Source: Bacteroidota bacterium
GTDB taxonomy: Bacteria > Bacteroidota > Bacteroidia > NS11-12g > UBA955
DNA: 43,508 nt
Direction: 5' to 3'
Assembly (NCBI GenBank): GCA_947451105.1
Contig: CANFXY010000003.1
Span: 1-43,508, forward strand
In this document: positions 17,150 to 26,466 of the stretch, piece by piece
Position numbering within the stretch: the stretch's first letter is position 1
Layout of the letters: each line of letters begins with the position of its first letter
Translations under genes and position numbers: made by a program
The notes under the pieces: generated by a model
Told to the model about the DNA's origin: nothing
Database searches by the model: none
The model's input: the letters and a program-made list of their open reading frames with translations, nothing else

Positions 17150-18400
17150 ATGAAAAATTTAGCAATCAAAGCCGAAAACATCTCCAAGCAATACCGCTTG
17201 GGTGAGGTAGGTACAGGTACCCTAAGCCATGACTTAAACCGTTTATGGAGCAAGCTGCGCGGAAAGGAAGACCCCTACTTAAAAATTGGCGAAACCAACG
17301 ACCGCAGCCGCAAAGGGGATAGCGATTACGTCTGGTCTTTACGCGATGTTAATTTTGAGATAGAACAAGGCGATGCCGTCGGTATTATTGGACGCAACGG
17401 TGCTGGGAAAAGTACTTTGTTGAAATTGTTAAGCAAAGTGACCAAGCCCACTACCGGGAGTTTTAAAGTGAATGGACGCATTGCTTCGCTTCTAGAAGTG
17501 GGTACAGGATTTAACCCAGAGATGACAGGCCGCGAGAATATTTATTTAAATGGGGCCATTTTAGGGATGCGCAGGCACGAAATTACCCGCAAGCTGGATG
17601 AGATCATTGATTTTTCTGGTGTTGAGCGCTACATAGACACACCAGTAAAACGCTACTCTTCTGGCATGTATGTACGCTTGGCCTTTGCAGTAGCAGCTCA
17701 CTTGGAATCAGAGATATTAATTGTAGATGAAGTGTTGGCCGTGGGCGATGCCGAGTTTCAGAAGAAATGCCTCGGTAAAATGGGCGATGTCAGTAAAGGC
17801 GAAGGGAGGACTGTTTTGTTTGTGAGTCATAATATTCCTTCAATTAGGACTTTGTGTAATAAAGGTATACTATTGGAAAAGGGAGAAGTTAAATTTAATG
17901 GAAAAACACTCGACACATTAAATTTTTATAATAGTAATTTTTTAAACTATACAGATTTCAAGTATAGGGGTAAAATAAGTGCTAATTATATTGAAGAGAT
18001 GTTTCTGTTTTCTGAAAAACAAAATAAAGCACTACAATACGTAGCAAAAGATGATAATGAAGTTTTCCTTTATATTAACTTAGTCCTAGATTCAGAAAAT
18101 GGATACACTTTAGGTTTTACAATTTTTAACTTAGAAGGTATAGCTATTGTATCCATGCCGCCATTTGAAAGTTTTACAAGAGATATTAACAATAAAGCTT
18201 TAATTAAAATAAAACTCCCTATTGAAATTTTAAAAGCTGGAACTTATTACCTAGAGGGTATATTTTGTAGAAATATTGATATATATGATAAAAATGATAG
18301 TTTTATTAAGATAGTTGTTGAGCCTAAAAATCGTTTTGAACTTTCAGGAAATGGAATAAGAGGTTTATTGTTAAACAATAACGAGTGGATGATTCGATAA
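17150..18400 (+). CDS. wzt: Polysaccharide ABC exporter ATPase (Wzt) with an extra C-terminal domain of about 170 aa
   Basis: Walker A GRNGAGKST, signature YSSGMYVRLAFAVA, Walker B ILIVDEVLAVGD, H-loop LFVSHN. Residues from about 250 to 416 form an additional beta-rich domain where Wzt carbohydrate-binding domains sit. Confidence 0.85.
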   Translation: MKNLAIKAENISKQYRLGEVGTGTLSHDLNRLWSKLRGKEDPYLKIGETNDRSRKGDSDYVWSLRDVNFEIEQGDAVGIIGRNGAGKSTLLKLLSKVTKPTTGSFKVNGRIASLLEVGTGFNPEMTGRENIYLNGAILGMRRHEITRKLDEIIDFSGVERYIDTPVKRYSSGMYVRLAFAVAAHLESEILIVDEVLAVGDAEFQKKCLGKMGDVSKGEGRTVLFVSHNIPSIRTLCNKGILLEKGEVKFNGKTLDTLNFYNSNFLNYTDFKYRGKISANYIEEMFLFSEKQNKALQYVAKDDNEVFLYINLVLDSENGYTLGFTIFNLEGIAIVSMPPFESFTRDINNKALIKIKLPIEILKAGTYYLEGIFCRNIDIYDKNDSFIKIVVEPKNRFELSGNGIRGLLLNNNEWMIR

Positions 18401-18403
18401 ATA

Positions 18404-19510
18404 ATGAAAATGTATGATTATATTATAGTTGGTTCTGGACTTTTTGGCTCTGTTTGTGCAAGAGAGTTAACCGATATAGGATTTAAATGTTTAGTTCTTG
18501 AAAAAAGAAATCATATAGGGGGAAATGTATACACTGAAAATGTAGAAGGTATAAACGTGCATAAATATGGGGCTCATATTTTTCACACAAATGATAAACG
18601 AATCTGGGATTATGTAAATAGGTTTGCAGAATTTAATAGGTTTACTAATTCTCCTGTAGCTTTCTATAAAGGTAAAATTTATAATTTACCATTTAACATG
18701 AATACCTTTCACCAACTATGGGGTGTAACAAAGCCAGATGAAGCCATACAAATCATAAATAAGCAAATTGAAATTTATGGGACTAAAGAACCAAAAAATT
18801 TGGAAGAACAAGCAATTAATTTGGTTGGTAAAGATGTATATGAAATATTAATTAAAGGATATACTGAAAAACAATGGGGAAGACCTGCATTTGAGTTACC
18901 TGCTTTTATCATTAAACGACTCCCCCTAAGGTTTACTTTTGATAATAATTATTTTAGTGATAAATATCAAGGTATCCCAATAGGTGGTTATACTCAAATT
19001 ATTGAAAAAATGCTTTATGGGATTGAATGTAAACTAGAAACTGATTTTTTATTAGAAAAAGAAAAATGGAAGGAATTAACTAATAAGATAATCTATACAG
19101 GATCTTTGGATGCCTACTTTGAATATAAATTTGGTACATTAGAGTATAGAAGTTTGCATTTTGAAAATGAAATTTTAGATGTAGAAAATTTCCAAGGGAA
19201 TGCGGTAGTTAATTACTCTGAAAAGGAGGTGCCTTATACAAGGATAATTGAGCATAAGCATTTTGAATTTGGTAAACAACCAAAAACTATCATTACAAAA
19301 GAATATCCAAAAGAATGGAAATTTGGGGATGAACCTTATTATCCTATTAATGACCAAAAAAACAATAAACTAATTGAAAAATATAAACTTTTAGCGGATA
19401 ATGAAAAAGATGTTTTTTTTGGCGGGAGATTAGCTGAATATCGTTATTACGATATGCATCAAATTATAGCATCGGCTTTGCTTTTAACTTATAACTTGAT
19501 AAAAAAATAA
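18404..19510 (+). CDS. glf: UDP-galactopyranose mutase
   Basis: FAD fingerprint YDYIIVGSGLFGSVCA, then YGAHIFHT and GRLAEYRYYDMHQ, all hallmark Glf motifs. Confidence 0.9.
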   Translation: MKMYDYIIVGSGLFGSVCARELTDIGFKCLVLEKRNHIGGNVYTENVEGINVHKYGAHIFHTNDKRIWDYVNRFAEFNRFTNSPVAFYKGKIYNLPFNMNTFHQLWGVTKPDEAIQIINKQIEIYGTKEPKNLEEQAINLVGKDVYEILIKGYTEKQWGRPAFELPAFIIKRLPLRFTFDNNYFSDKYQGIPIGGYTQIIEKMLYGIECKLETDFLLEKEKWKELTNKIIYTGSLDAYFEYKFGTLEYRSLHFENEILDVENFQGNAVVNYSEKEVPYTRIIEHKHFEFGKQPKTIITKEYPKEWKFGDEPYYPINDQKNNKLIEKYKLLADNEKDVFFGGRLAEYRYYDMHQIIASALLLTYNLIKK

Positions 19511-19515
19511 CGAGT

Positions 19516-20553
19516 ATGATTTATGTTAATTGCCCTGACTCTGGGACTACAGGTGGTTACGAATTGTTGCATCAATTAGTTTATAAATTAAATAAAATCC
19601 AAGAAAATTCGGCTGTTATTTATTATACTAATTTACCTGCGAATGGAGGCCATCCTACTCCTGATATATATATGAAATATACAAATGGCATATACGCAAA
19701 AAGTATAAAAGACGAATCAGAATCAGTTTTAATTTTACCTGAAACATATACAAATTATATAAACAACTTTAAGCGGATTAAAATTGTTGTTTGGTGGATG
19801 AGTGTCGATAATTTTTTCATCAGTATAGATATTATCAATTCGAAAAAAAAAATAACTTATAAAGATTATGTAAAAGGGAAAAAATACATGTTATACAAAT
19901 TGTTAAACTATATTAATATTAAAACTAATGAAAAACTATATGACCCCTTTCATATAAATTCTTTATATAATAAGAATATTATTTTGCATACATATCAGAG
20001 TGAATATGCTCGATTGTTTTTAGTGGAAAAATCTTTAATACCTGTGTTGCCATTGTCGGATTTTTTAAATGTTGATTTTTTGTCAAAAGAAATAAAAACA
20101 GAAATTAGAAGAAATGTGATTTTGTATAATCCCAAAAAAGGTTCGCAAATTACAAAATCAGTAATGGATTTGATGCCAGGATATAAATGGATAGCTCTTG
20201 AGGGTTTAAGTTCGATAGAAATGAAAGATCTGATGCAAAAATCAAAAATTTACGTCGATTTTGGAAGTCATCCAGGAAAAGATAGAATACCTAGAGAAGC
20301 TGCAATAAATGGATGTGTTGTTGTTACTAACAAAAAAGGTGCTGCTGGAAATTTATTAGATATACCTATAAATGATCAATATAAATTTGTCAATCCATTA
20401 GAAGAAATAGTAGATCTTATGAATTTAATAGATGATGTTTTTGCAAATTTCCAAAAACATAGTTCAAATTTCAAATATTATAGGCAAAAAATAAAAAATG
20501 AAGAGGAATTATTTAATGAAGAAGTTCTTAGTTTTTATCTACACATAAAATGA
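19516..20553 (+). CDS. Hypothetical protein, possibly a divergent GT-B-fold glycosyltransferase
   Basis: N-terminal SGTTGGYELLHQLVYKL resembles the GT4 GGxE motif. C-terminal KDRIPREAAINGCVVVT resembles the GT-B E-x7-E region. No confident family assignment. Confidence 0.35.
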   Translation: MIYVNCPDSGTTGGYELLHQLVYKLNKIQENSAVIYYTNLPANGGHPTPDIYMKYTNGIYAKSIKDESESVLILPETYTNYINNFKRIKIVVWWMSVDNFFISIDIINSKKKITYKDYVKGKKYMLYKLLNYINIKTNEKLYDPFHINSLYNKNIILHTYQSEYARLFLVEKSLIPVLPLSDFLNVDFLSKEIKTEIRRNVILYNPKKGSQITKSVMDLMPGYKWIALEGLSSIEMKDLMQKSKIYVDFGSHPGKDRIPREAAINGCVVVTNKKGAAGNLLDIPINDQYKFVNPLEEIVDLMNLIDDVFANFQKHSSNFKYYRQKIKNEEELFNEEVLSFYLHIK

Positions 20554-21413
20554 TTTCGATAATCATTTGTTCACGGACAAAAGCAATTTCCTTTAACTTA
20601 AGTAAAAACATTGAAAAAACCATATGTTGTAATTATGAGTTGATTGTTATTGATAATTCACAAAATCAATTTTCCATTTTTGAAGCGTATAACTTAGGAA
20701 TAAAAAATAGTCACGGAGAATATTTGTGTTTTATCCATGATGACATTCTATTTCACACTATGGGCTGGGGAAGTGTAATTAATCGTGTATTTAAGGAAAA
20801 TAATGAGATTGGTTTAATTGGTATTGCAGGCTCAAAAATGAAAACAAGGATGCCATCCACTTGGTCTGATTGTGAAGAACATTTTAAAGTGTTTAACATA
20901 ATACAGCATTATAAAAATGGCAAAGCAGAATTACAAAGTAAAGGATTTTCCAATCACAATAAGCATGAGACCGTTGTTGCTATTGATGGCGTTTTTATGG
21001 CAGGGAGGAAAAATAGTTTGATTAGATTTAACGAAAAAATAAAAGGATTTCATAACTATGATTTGAATATTTCATTTGAATATTTCATTCATAATTATAA
21101 AATCATAGTTACTAAAGAAATTTTAATAGAGCATTTTTCAATCGGAACTATTAACAAGTCCTGGTATAAATCTTCATTAACGCTATATTCATTGTATTCC
21201 AAATATTTGCCATTAATTGGAAAGACTAACAATTTATTCTACGAGGATATTATAAAAAGAGAAGTAATTAATGGGTCAAGTTTTGTTATGCAGTTATTCT
21301 CACATAATTATTATTTACAAGGATTAATATTTTGGTTCAAGTTGCTAAAAATTAAGCCATTCACTTTATACCATTATATTATAATAAAAACTTTTTTTAA
21401 AAATGACTCTTAA
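20550..21413 (+). CDS. GT-A-fold glycosyltransferase (Glyco_tranf_2_5-like)
   Basis: ISIIICSRTK...YELIVIDNS...AYNLGIKNSHGEYLCFIHDDILF. ATGA overlap with the upstream gene. Confidence 0.6.
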   Translation: MISIIICSRTKAISFNLSKNIEKTICCNYELIVIDNSQNQFSIFEAYNLGIKNSHGEYLCFIHDDILFHTMGWGSVINRVFKENNEIGLIGIAGSKMKTRMPSTWSDCEEHFKVFNIIQHYKNGKAELQSKGFSNHNKHETVVAIDGVFMAGRKNSLIRFNEKIKGFHNYDLNISFEYFIHNYKIIVTKEILIEHFSIGTINKSWYKSSLTLYSLYSKYLPLIGKTNNLFYEDIIKREVINGSSFVMQLFSHNYYLQGLIFWFKLLKIKPFTLYHYIIIKTFFKNDS

Positions 21414-22314
21414 TATTGTTATTCCATATTATAGACTTATGTTTTTTAAAGCAACTCTTAATTCATTAGCAAGTCAGATTGACAAAAGGTTTAAGGTATA
21501 TATTGGCAATGATGCTAGCGATGAAGATCCTAAAGAACTATTAAAGACTTTCGAAGGGCAATTTGATTTTTCATATCATAGATTTGATGAAAACATTGGA
21601 AATGATTCTTTAGTTAAACAATGGGATAGATGCATTAAATTATGTGATAATGATTGTTCTTGGATAATGATCTTAGGAGATGACGATGTTTTAGGAGATA
21701 AAGTTGTAGAGAAGTTTTATGAAAAGATTGAGACAGTAAATGCTTTAGATATAAATGTTATTAAATTCTCAACTGTAGTTATCGATGAAAATGATAAAGA
21801 AATAACAAACATTTTTAAAAATGAAGAAATATCAAAAGCAATCGACACTTTTTATAATAAAATAGTTGATAAGTCAAGATCTTCTCTGAGCGAGCATATT
21901 TTCAGGAAATCCTCTTTTCAGGAAAAGGGTTTTAAAGAATATGGCTTAGCTTGGCATTCGGATGATATGGCTTGGCTAGAATTCTCTAACTTCAAAAACA
22001 TGTTTTGTATTAATACAGAAAAAGTATGTATCCGAGTTTCTAATAAAAGTATTTCAGGGACTAACAAATTTTTCATTGAGAAAGAGAAAGCATCATTTCA
22101 ATTTTATAAGATTTTGGTACAAGAACACCTTTTTAAATTTAGGTTTAGTCAGAGGAATTTAATTTTACGTAAACATGAATCAAAAAGTGTATTGGTGAAT
22201 GGGAAATCTCTTATGAATTACTTTCGAATAACCTGGCTTTATGCTAAAAATGCTTATTTATTTTCGGTTTTGAAATTCACTTATCGTTTTATTTTTAAAT
22301 ATAATAGATTTTGA
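21403..22314 (+). CDS. Family 2 glycosyltransferase
   Basis: LNIVIPYYR...SLASQIDKRFKVYIGNDASDEDP and an acidic LGDDDVL motif. Confidence 0.6.
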   Translation: MTLNIVIPYYRLMFFKATLNSLASQIDKRFKVYIGNDASDEDPKELLKTFEGQFDFSYHRFDENIGNDSLVKQWDRCIKLCDNDCSWIMILGDDDVLGDKVVEKFYEKIETVNALDINVIKFSTVVIDENDKEITNIFKNEEISKAIDTFYNKIVDKSRSSLSEHIFRKSSFQEKGFKEYGLAWHSDDMAWLEFSNFKNMFCINTEKVCIRVSNKSISGTNKFFIEKEKASFQFYKILVQEHLFKFRFSQRNLILRKHESKSVLVNGKSLMNYFRITWLYAKNAYLFSVLKFTYRFIFKYNRF

Positions 22315-23219
22315 AAATTTCGGTAATAATTCCAATATACAATTCAGAACAATACTTAGAAAATTGTTTAGAAAGCATTGTAAACCAAAGTTATGAAAAT
22401 TTAGAAATTATTTTAGTAAATGATGGATCTACAGATAAAAGTTTATCAATTTGTGAAAAATATGCTGAAAATGACAAGCGAATTGTTGTTTTAAATAAGG
22501 AAAATGGTGGACAAGCCTCAGCAAGAAATTTGGGTTTGAATTATGCGAAGGGAGATTATATTGCTTTTCTTGATTCCGATGATAGATTATCATTGGAAAC
22601 ATTTTCTGAAAGTATCATTATTTTAAATAAAGATAAAAGTATTGAATGTGTTCAGTTCCCTGTTTTTATGAATTATGGAACACAAAAATCTTATCTAAAA
22701 AACTATAAGTCTAAATTATACATTAAGGACATCAACATCTATAATTTATGGCTAAGGGACAACATAATTACATGGATTGTATGTGATAAAATAATAAAAT
22801 CTTGCATAATTAAAGAATTACGATTTGAAGAAGACATGATTTATGAAGACAATCATTTTGTCATTGAATTAATAAAAAGAATTAAGAATATCTATATATC
22901 TGATAAAGGGCTATATTATTATTATCTGAGAGAAAACTCAACTACCACATCTGAACATAGTAAAAAAAAAGATTTAGATACCTTAAAGGTACTATGTCGC
23001 CTATTAGATGAATTAATATTAATTAAACAAACGGAATTATATGTTGAGTATTTAAAAAGAGTTATAAATATTGAACGCTCGTTATTAATTAACTTTAAAT
23101 TTAAATCTAAGGCTTCAAAAAAATATATAAATTTTGTTTCCACATCAACAATTTTGTTGACAAATATTAACGTAAAAGATAGAATTAAACTTATATATAG
23201 TAAACTAAAGAAAAACTAA
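22311..23219 (+). CDS. Family 2 glycosyltransferase
   Basis: KISVIIPIYNSEQYLENCLESIVNQSYENLEIILVNDGSTD, and AFLDSDD as the DxD motif. TTG start overlapping the upstream TGA (TTGA). Confidence 0.85.
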   Translation: MKISVIIPIYNSEQYLENCLESIVNQSYENLEIILVNDGSTDKSLSICEKYAENDKRIVVLNKENGGQASARNLGLNYAKGDYIAFLDSDDRLSLETFSESIIILNKDKSIECVQFPVFMNYGTQKSYLKNYKSKLYIKDINIYNLWLRDNIITWIVCDKIIKSCIIKELRFEEDMIYEDNHFVIELIKRIKNIYISDKGLYYYYLRENSTTTSEHSKKKDLDTLKVLCRLLDELILIKQTELYVEYLKRVINIERSLLINFKFKSKASKKYINFVSTSTILLTNINVKDRIKLIYSKLKKN

Positions 23220-23221
23220 AA

Positions 23222-24367
23222 ATGAGATTAGTATATTGCATAGGTTCATTGGGGCAAAAAGGCGGAGCAGAGCGGGTGTTGGTTAATAAAGCTAATTTCT
23301 TAGCAGATATTGGATACGATGTGACAATACTAATAGCAAAACAGAATAAAAAAGCAATTTGTTACGAGGTTTCTGAGAATGTAAAAATTCTTGATTTAGA
23401 TATTGAAGTTTCAAAATCATTGTCATCAAAAATCCCAGTACTTGGCTTCTTTTTGAATATTAGAAAATTAAAAAAAATATATAAAAAGATTTTCTTTGAA
23501 TTAAATTCAGATATCATTTTAAATATTGAAAGGGGATATGAAGATTTTATTATTCCTAAGGTATGCAATAATTTTATTACAATAAGAGAGGCGCATTCAT
23601 CAAAAGCTGCAGTGCAGGTAACTGATAGTGGAGATTGTTTTTTTTCTATAAAACATTTAAGTAATAAATATTATACGTATTTGTATAAGAAACAGCTTAA
23701 AAAATATGACAAGGTCGTTTTACTGACCAAACAAGATTCAATTGACAGAAAATACAAAAATGGAGACAAAGTAATTCCAAATTTAGTTTCTTCATTTGAC
23801 ATGAATGTTACTTATAATTATCAGAGTAAAAAAGTAATCTCAGTTGGCAGATTGGATAAATATAAAAACTTCAAAGACCAAATTATTGTATGGAAAGCGA
23901 TTGCCAAAAGCCATCCAGATTGGAGCCTACATATATATGGAGATGGGCCGGAAAAGACTAATTTAGATAACCAAATAAAAGACCTAAAACTAGAAAATAG
24001 TGTCTTTCTAGAAGGAATAAAATCAAATATAGAGGCTCAATATGCTAATTCTTCATTTTTCATCTTCACATCTTTGGCTGAGGGCTTTGGAATGGTGTTA
24101 GTTGAAGCAATGCAAATGGGACTGCCAGTCATATCTTATAATTGCCCTTGCGGACCAGCTGAAATAATTGAAGAGGCTAAGGATGGTTTTTTAATTGAAA
24201 TTTCAGATTTGAAAACACTTGAAAAAAAAATTCTGTTCTTAATTGAAAATGAAAATGAGCGAAAGAATATGAGCGCAAATGCAATTGAAAAGAGCACGAA
24301 ATTCCTGCCTGAAAGCATTATGCCTCAATGGATTGATTTATTTCAAGAACTAAAAAATGGCAAATAA
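23222..24367 (+). CDS. Family 4 (GT-B) glycosyltransferase
   Basis: GGAERVLVNKANFL at the N-terminus and EGFGMVLVEAMQMGLPVISYNCPCGPAEII at the C-terminus. Confidence 0.85.
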   Translation: MRLVYCIGSLGQKGGAERVLVNKANFLADIGYDVTILIAKQNKKAICYEVSENVKILDLDIEVSKSLSSKIPVLGFFLNIRKLKKIYKKIFFELNSDIILNIERGYEDFIIPKVCNNFITIREAHSSKAAVQVTDSGDCFFSIKHLSNKYYTYLYKKQLKKYDKVVLLTKQDSIDRKYKNGDKVIPNLVSSFDMNVTYNYQSKKVISVGRLDKYKNFKDQIIVWKAIAKSHPDWSLHIYGDGPEKTNLDNQIKDLKLENSVFLEGIKSNIEAQYANSSFFIFTSLAEGFGMVLVEAMQMGLPVISYNCPCGPAEIIEEAKDGFLIEISDLKTLEKKILFLIENENERKNMSANAIEKSTKFLPESIMPQWIDLFQELKNGK

Positions 24368-25376
24368 AATTTCAATTATTGTTCCGGTCTATAATGCGGA
24401 AAAGTACATCGAAAGATGTATTAATAGCATTTTACGACAAACATACACTAATTGGGAATTGATTTTGATTAATGACGGTTCTATCGATAATAGCTTTGAA
24501 AAATGCACCACATTTCAAGATAAAGATAACAGAATATTTGTAATTGACCAAACTAATTATGGCCCATCGATTGCAAGAAACAAAGGACTTGAGAAGGCAG
24601 AAGGAGAATATATTGTTTTTATTGATGCGGATGACTTTGTAGACACCTATTATCTACAAAAACTATTAGAACCTTTTATAAAGCATAAAAATATTGAATT
24701 AAGCTGTGGAGGATATTTTGAATTATCAAACTATTCAAAAAAAGGAAAAAAACTACATGATTTTGAAGAAATATTAGTCAAGAATGAACTTATAAACCAA
24801 TCATCATTTTTAGGCAATTTATTTAACGGCATAACAGGTGTTTTGTGGGGTAAAATGTTTCTTAGCAAGATTATTAAAGACAAAAATATACTTTTAGACC
24901 CTGAGATTAGACTATCAGAGGACCAAGTGTTTATTTTTGAATATGCAATAAATATTAATAAAATCGCCTTAGTAAAAGAATACTTATATTATTATAATAG
25001 ACTAAATGAAAATAGCCTCAGTGGGCAATTAAGAATTTCAAATTTGAAAGATATAGAACTGACTAACCAAAAGTTTTCAGTACTTAATAAAATTACACGT
25101 ATACCTAATTTGAGTTTTTTATTACACAAAAGATATATTTATAACATAATTAAAATCACTAACAACATAGCAATAAGCAATAAAAAAACGAAAACTAAAA
25201 TAAGGGATTTGGCAATAATTGGCAATGCAACACAGGGAAAAACACTTGGTAAAATATCGTTTTTAAATTTAGAGAACTTTATACATTTTATTTTATTTCA
25301 AAAAAAACAAAACTTACTTTTAATATTTTACTGCAAAACGGTCAATAAAATTAGAAATTATAAAAATAAAATATGA
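24357..25376 (+). CDS. Family 2 glycosyltransferase
   Basis: KISIIVPVYNAEKYIERCINSILRQTYTNWELILINDGSID, and VFIDADD as the DxD motif. Confidence 0.85.
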   Translation: MANKISIIVPVYNAEKYIERCINSILRQTYTNWELILINDGSIDNSFEKCTTFQDKDNRIFVIDQTNYGPSIARNKGLEKAEGEYIVFIDADDFVDTYYLQKLLEPFIKHKNIELSCGGYFELSNYSKKGKKLHDFEEILVKNELINQSSFLGNLFNGITGVLWGKMFLSKIIKDKNILLDPEIRLSEDQVFIFEYAININKIALVKEYLYYYNRLNENSLSGQLRISNLKDIELTNQKFSVLNKITRIPNLSFLLHKRYIYNIIKITNNIAISNKKTKTKIRDLAIIGNATQGKTLGKISFLNLENFIHFILFQKKQNLLLIFYCKTVNKIRNYKNKI

Positions 25377-26425
25377 AGAAATATTTAGTTGATATTTATT
25401 TAGCATATAATCTTGGGGATGATATGTTTTTAGATTTCTTAGTTACTTCATTTCCTGAGCACCAGTTTATTCCGTTTTACCCAGGAAATCGTTATGAAAA
25501 ATTCTTTAGCAGATATCCTAATATCACTAAATTCCCTTATACTTTTATTGATAAAATTCTTTTTAGGATAGGTATAAGAAGCAAGCTTGAAGATTATGAA
25601 AAAATGGCTGATAAATATGATGGATTGATTTTTCTTGGCGGTGGAATATTTAGACAAGAAGACTATTGGAAATCTCTTATCAACTATAGAAACAATATTA
25701 CAGATGCGTTTTTAGCCAAAGACAAATCAGTGCAATTTTTAGGCTGTAATTTTGGACCTTATCTAACCATTGATTTTAAAAGCTCATATCTTAGTTTATT
25801 TAAAAAATGTGAAATAGTAAGTTTTAGAGACCTGAAATCTTACTATTTATTTAATGATTTAAACACAATTAAATATGCACCAGATTTGCTTTGGAGTTAC
25901 AATCTACCTGTTGCCCAGTTGCAGGAAAAGACAATCGGCATTTCCATTATTAACCCCAAACACAAATTTGGGTTGGAAAATCATTTTGAAGAATACATCA
26001 ATATCCATCAAACAATAATTCAAGAATATCTAGCTGGTGGCTTTCAAATTAAGTTATTTTCGTTTTGTGAGTCAGAAGGCGACTTGGAAGTATGCAAGGA
26101 AATTGCCGCTGTTGCTCCAAATTTTATTTCTATTTATAACTACAATGGCCATATAAAAGAATATCTGCTTCAATTGGGTTCATGTTCAAAAATTATTGCC
26201 GCTAGATTTCATGGTGTAATTATCGCCCTAAAGTATGAAATTCCAGTTTTGCCAATTATATATAGTGAAAAGACGCGTAACTTATTGAGTGATCTTAATT
26301 TCATGAATTCCTCAATTGAATTTGACAACTTACAAGCTATCAAAAAAGGAATTGACGACAAATATATTCAACCAGATATTTCTGTATATATTGAAAACTC
26401 ATTAAACCATTTGAAATTGATTTAA
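25373..26425 (+). CDS. Polysaccharide pyruvyl transferase family protein (CsaB/WcaK-like)
   Basis: N-terminal YLAYNLGDDMFL and C-terminal IIAARFHGVIIAL match the PS_pyruv_trans (PF04230) pattern as I recall it. ATGA overlap with the upstream gene. Confidence 0.6.
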   Translation: MKKYLVDIYLAYNLGDDMFLDFLVTSFPEHQFIPFYPGNRYEKFFSRYPNITKFPYTFIDKILFRIGIRSKLEDYEKMADKYDGLIFLGGGIFRQEDYWKSLINYRNNITDAFLAKDKSVQFLGCNFGPYLTIDFKSSYLSLFKKCEIVSFRDLKSYYLFNDLNTIKYAPDLLWSYNLPVAQLQEKTIGISIINPKHKFGLENHFEEYINIHQTIIQEYLAGGFQIKLFSFCESEGDLEVCKEIAAVAPNFISIYNYNGHIKEYLLQLGSCSKIIAARFHGVIIALKYEIPVLPIIYSEKTRNLLSDLNFMNSSIEFDNLQAIKKGIDDKYIQPDISVYIENSLNHLKLI

Positions 26426-26466
26426 ATTTTTTAGTACTTTTTTGCAAAAGCTATTTCTTAGGTAAA

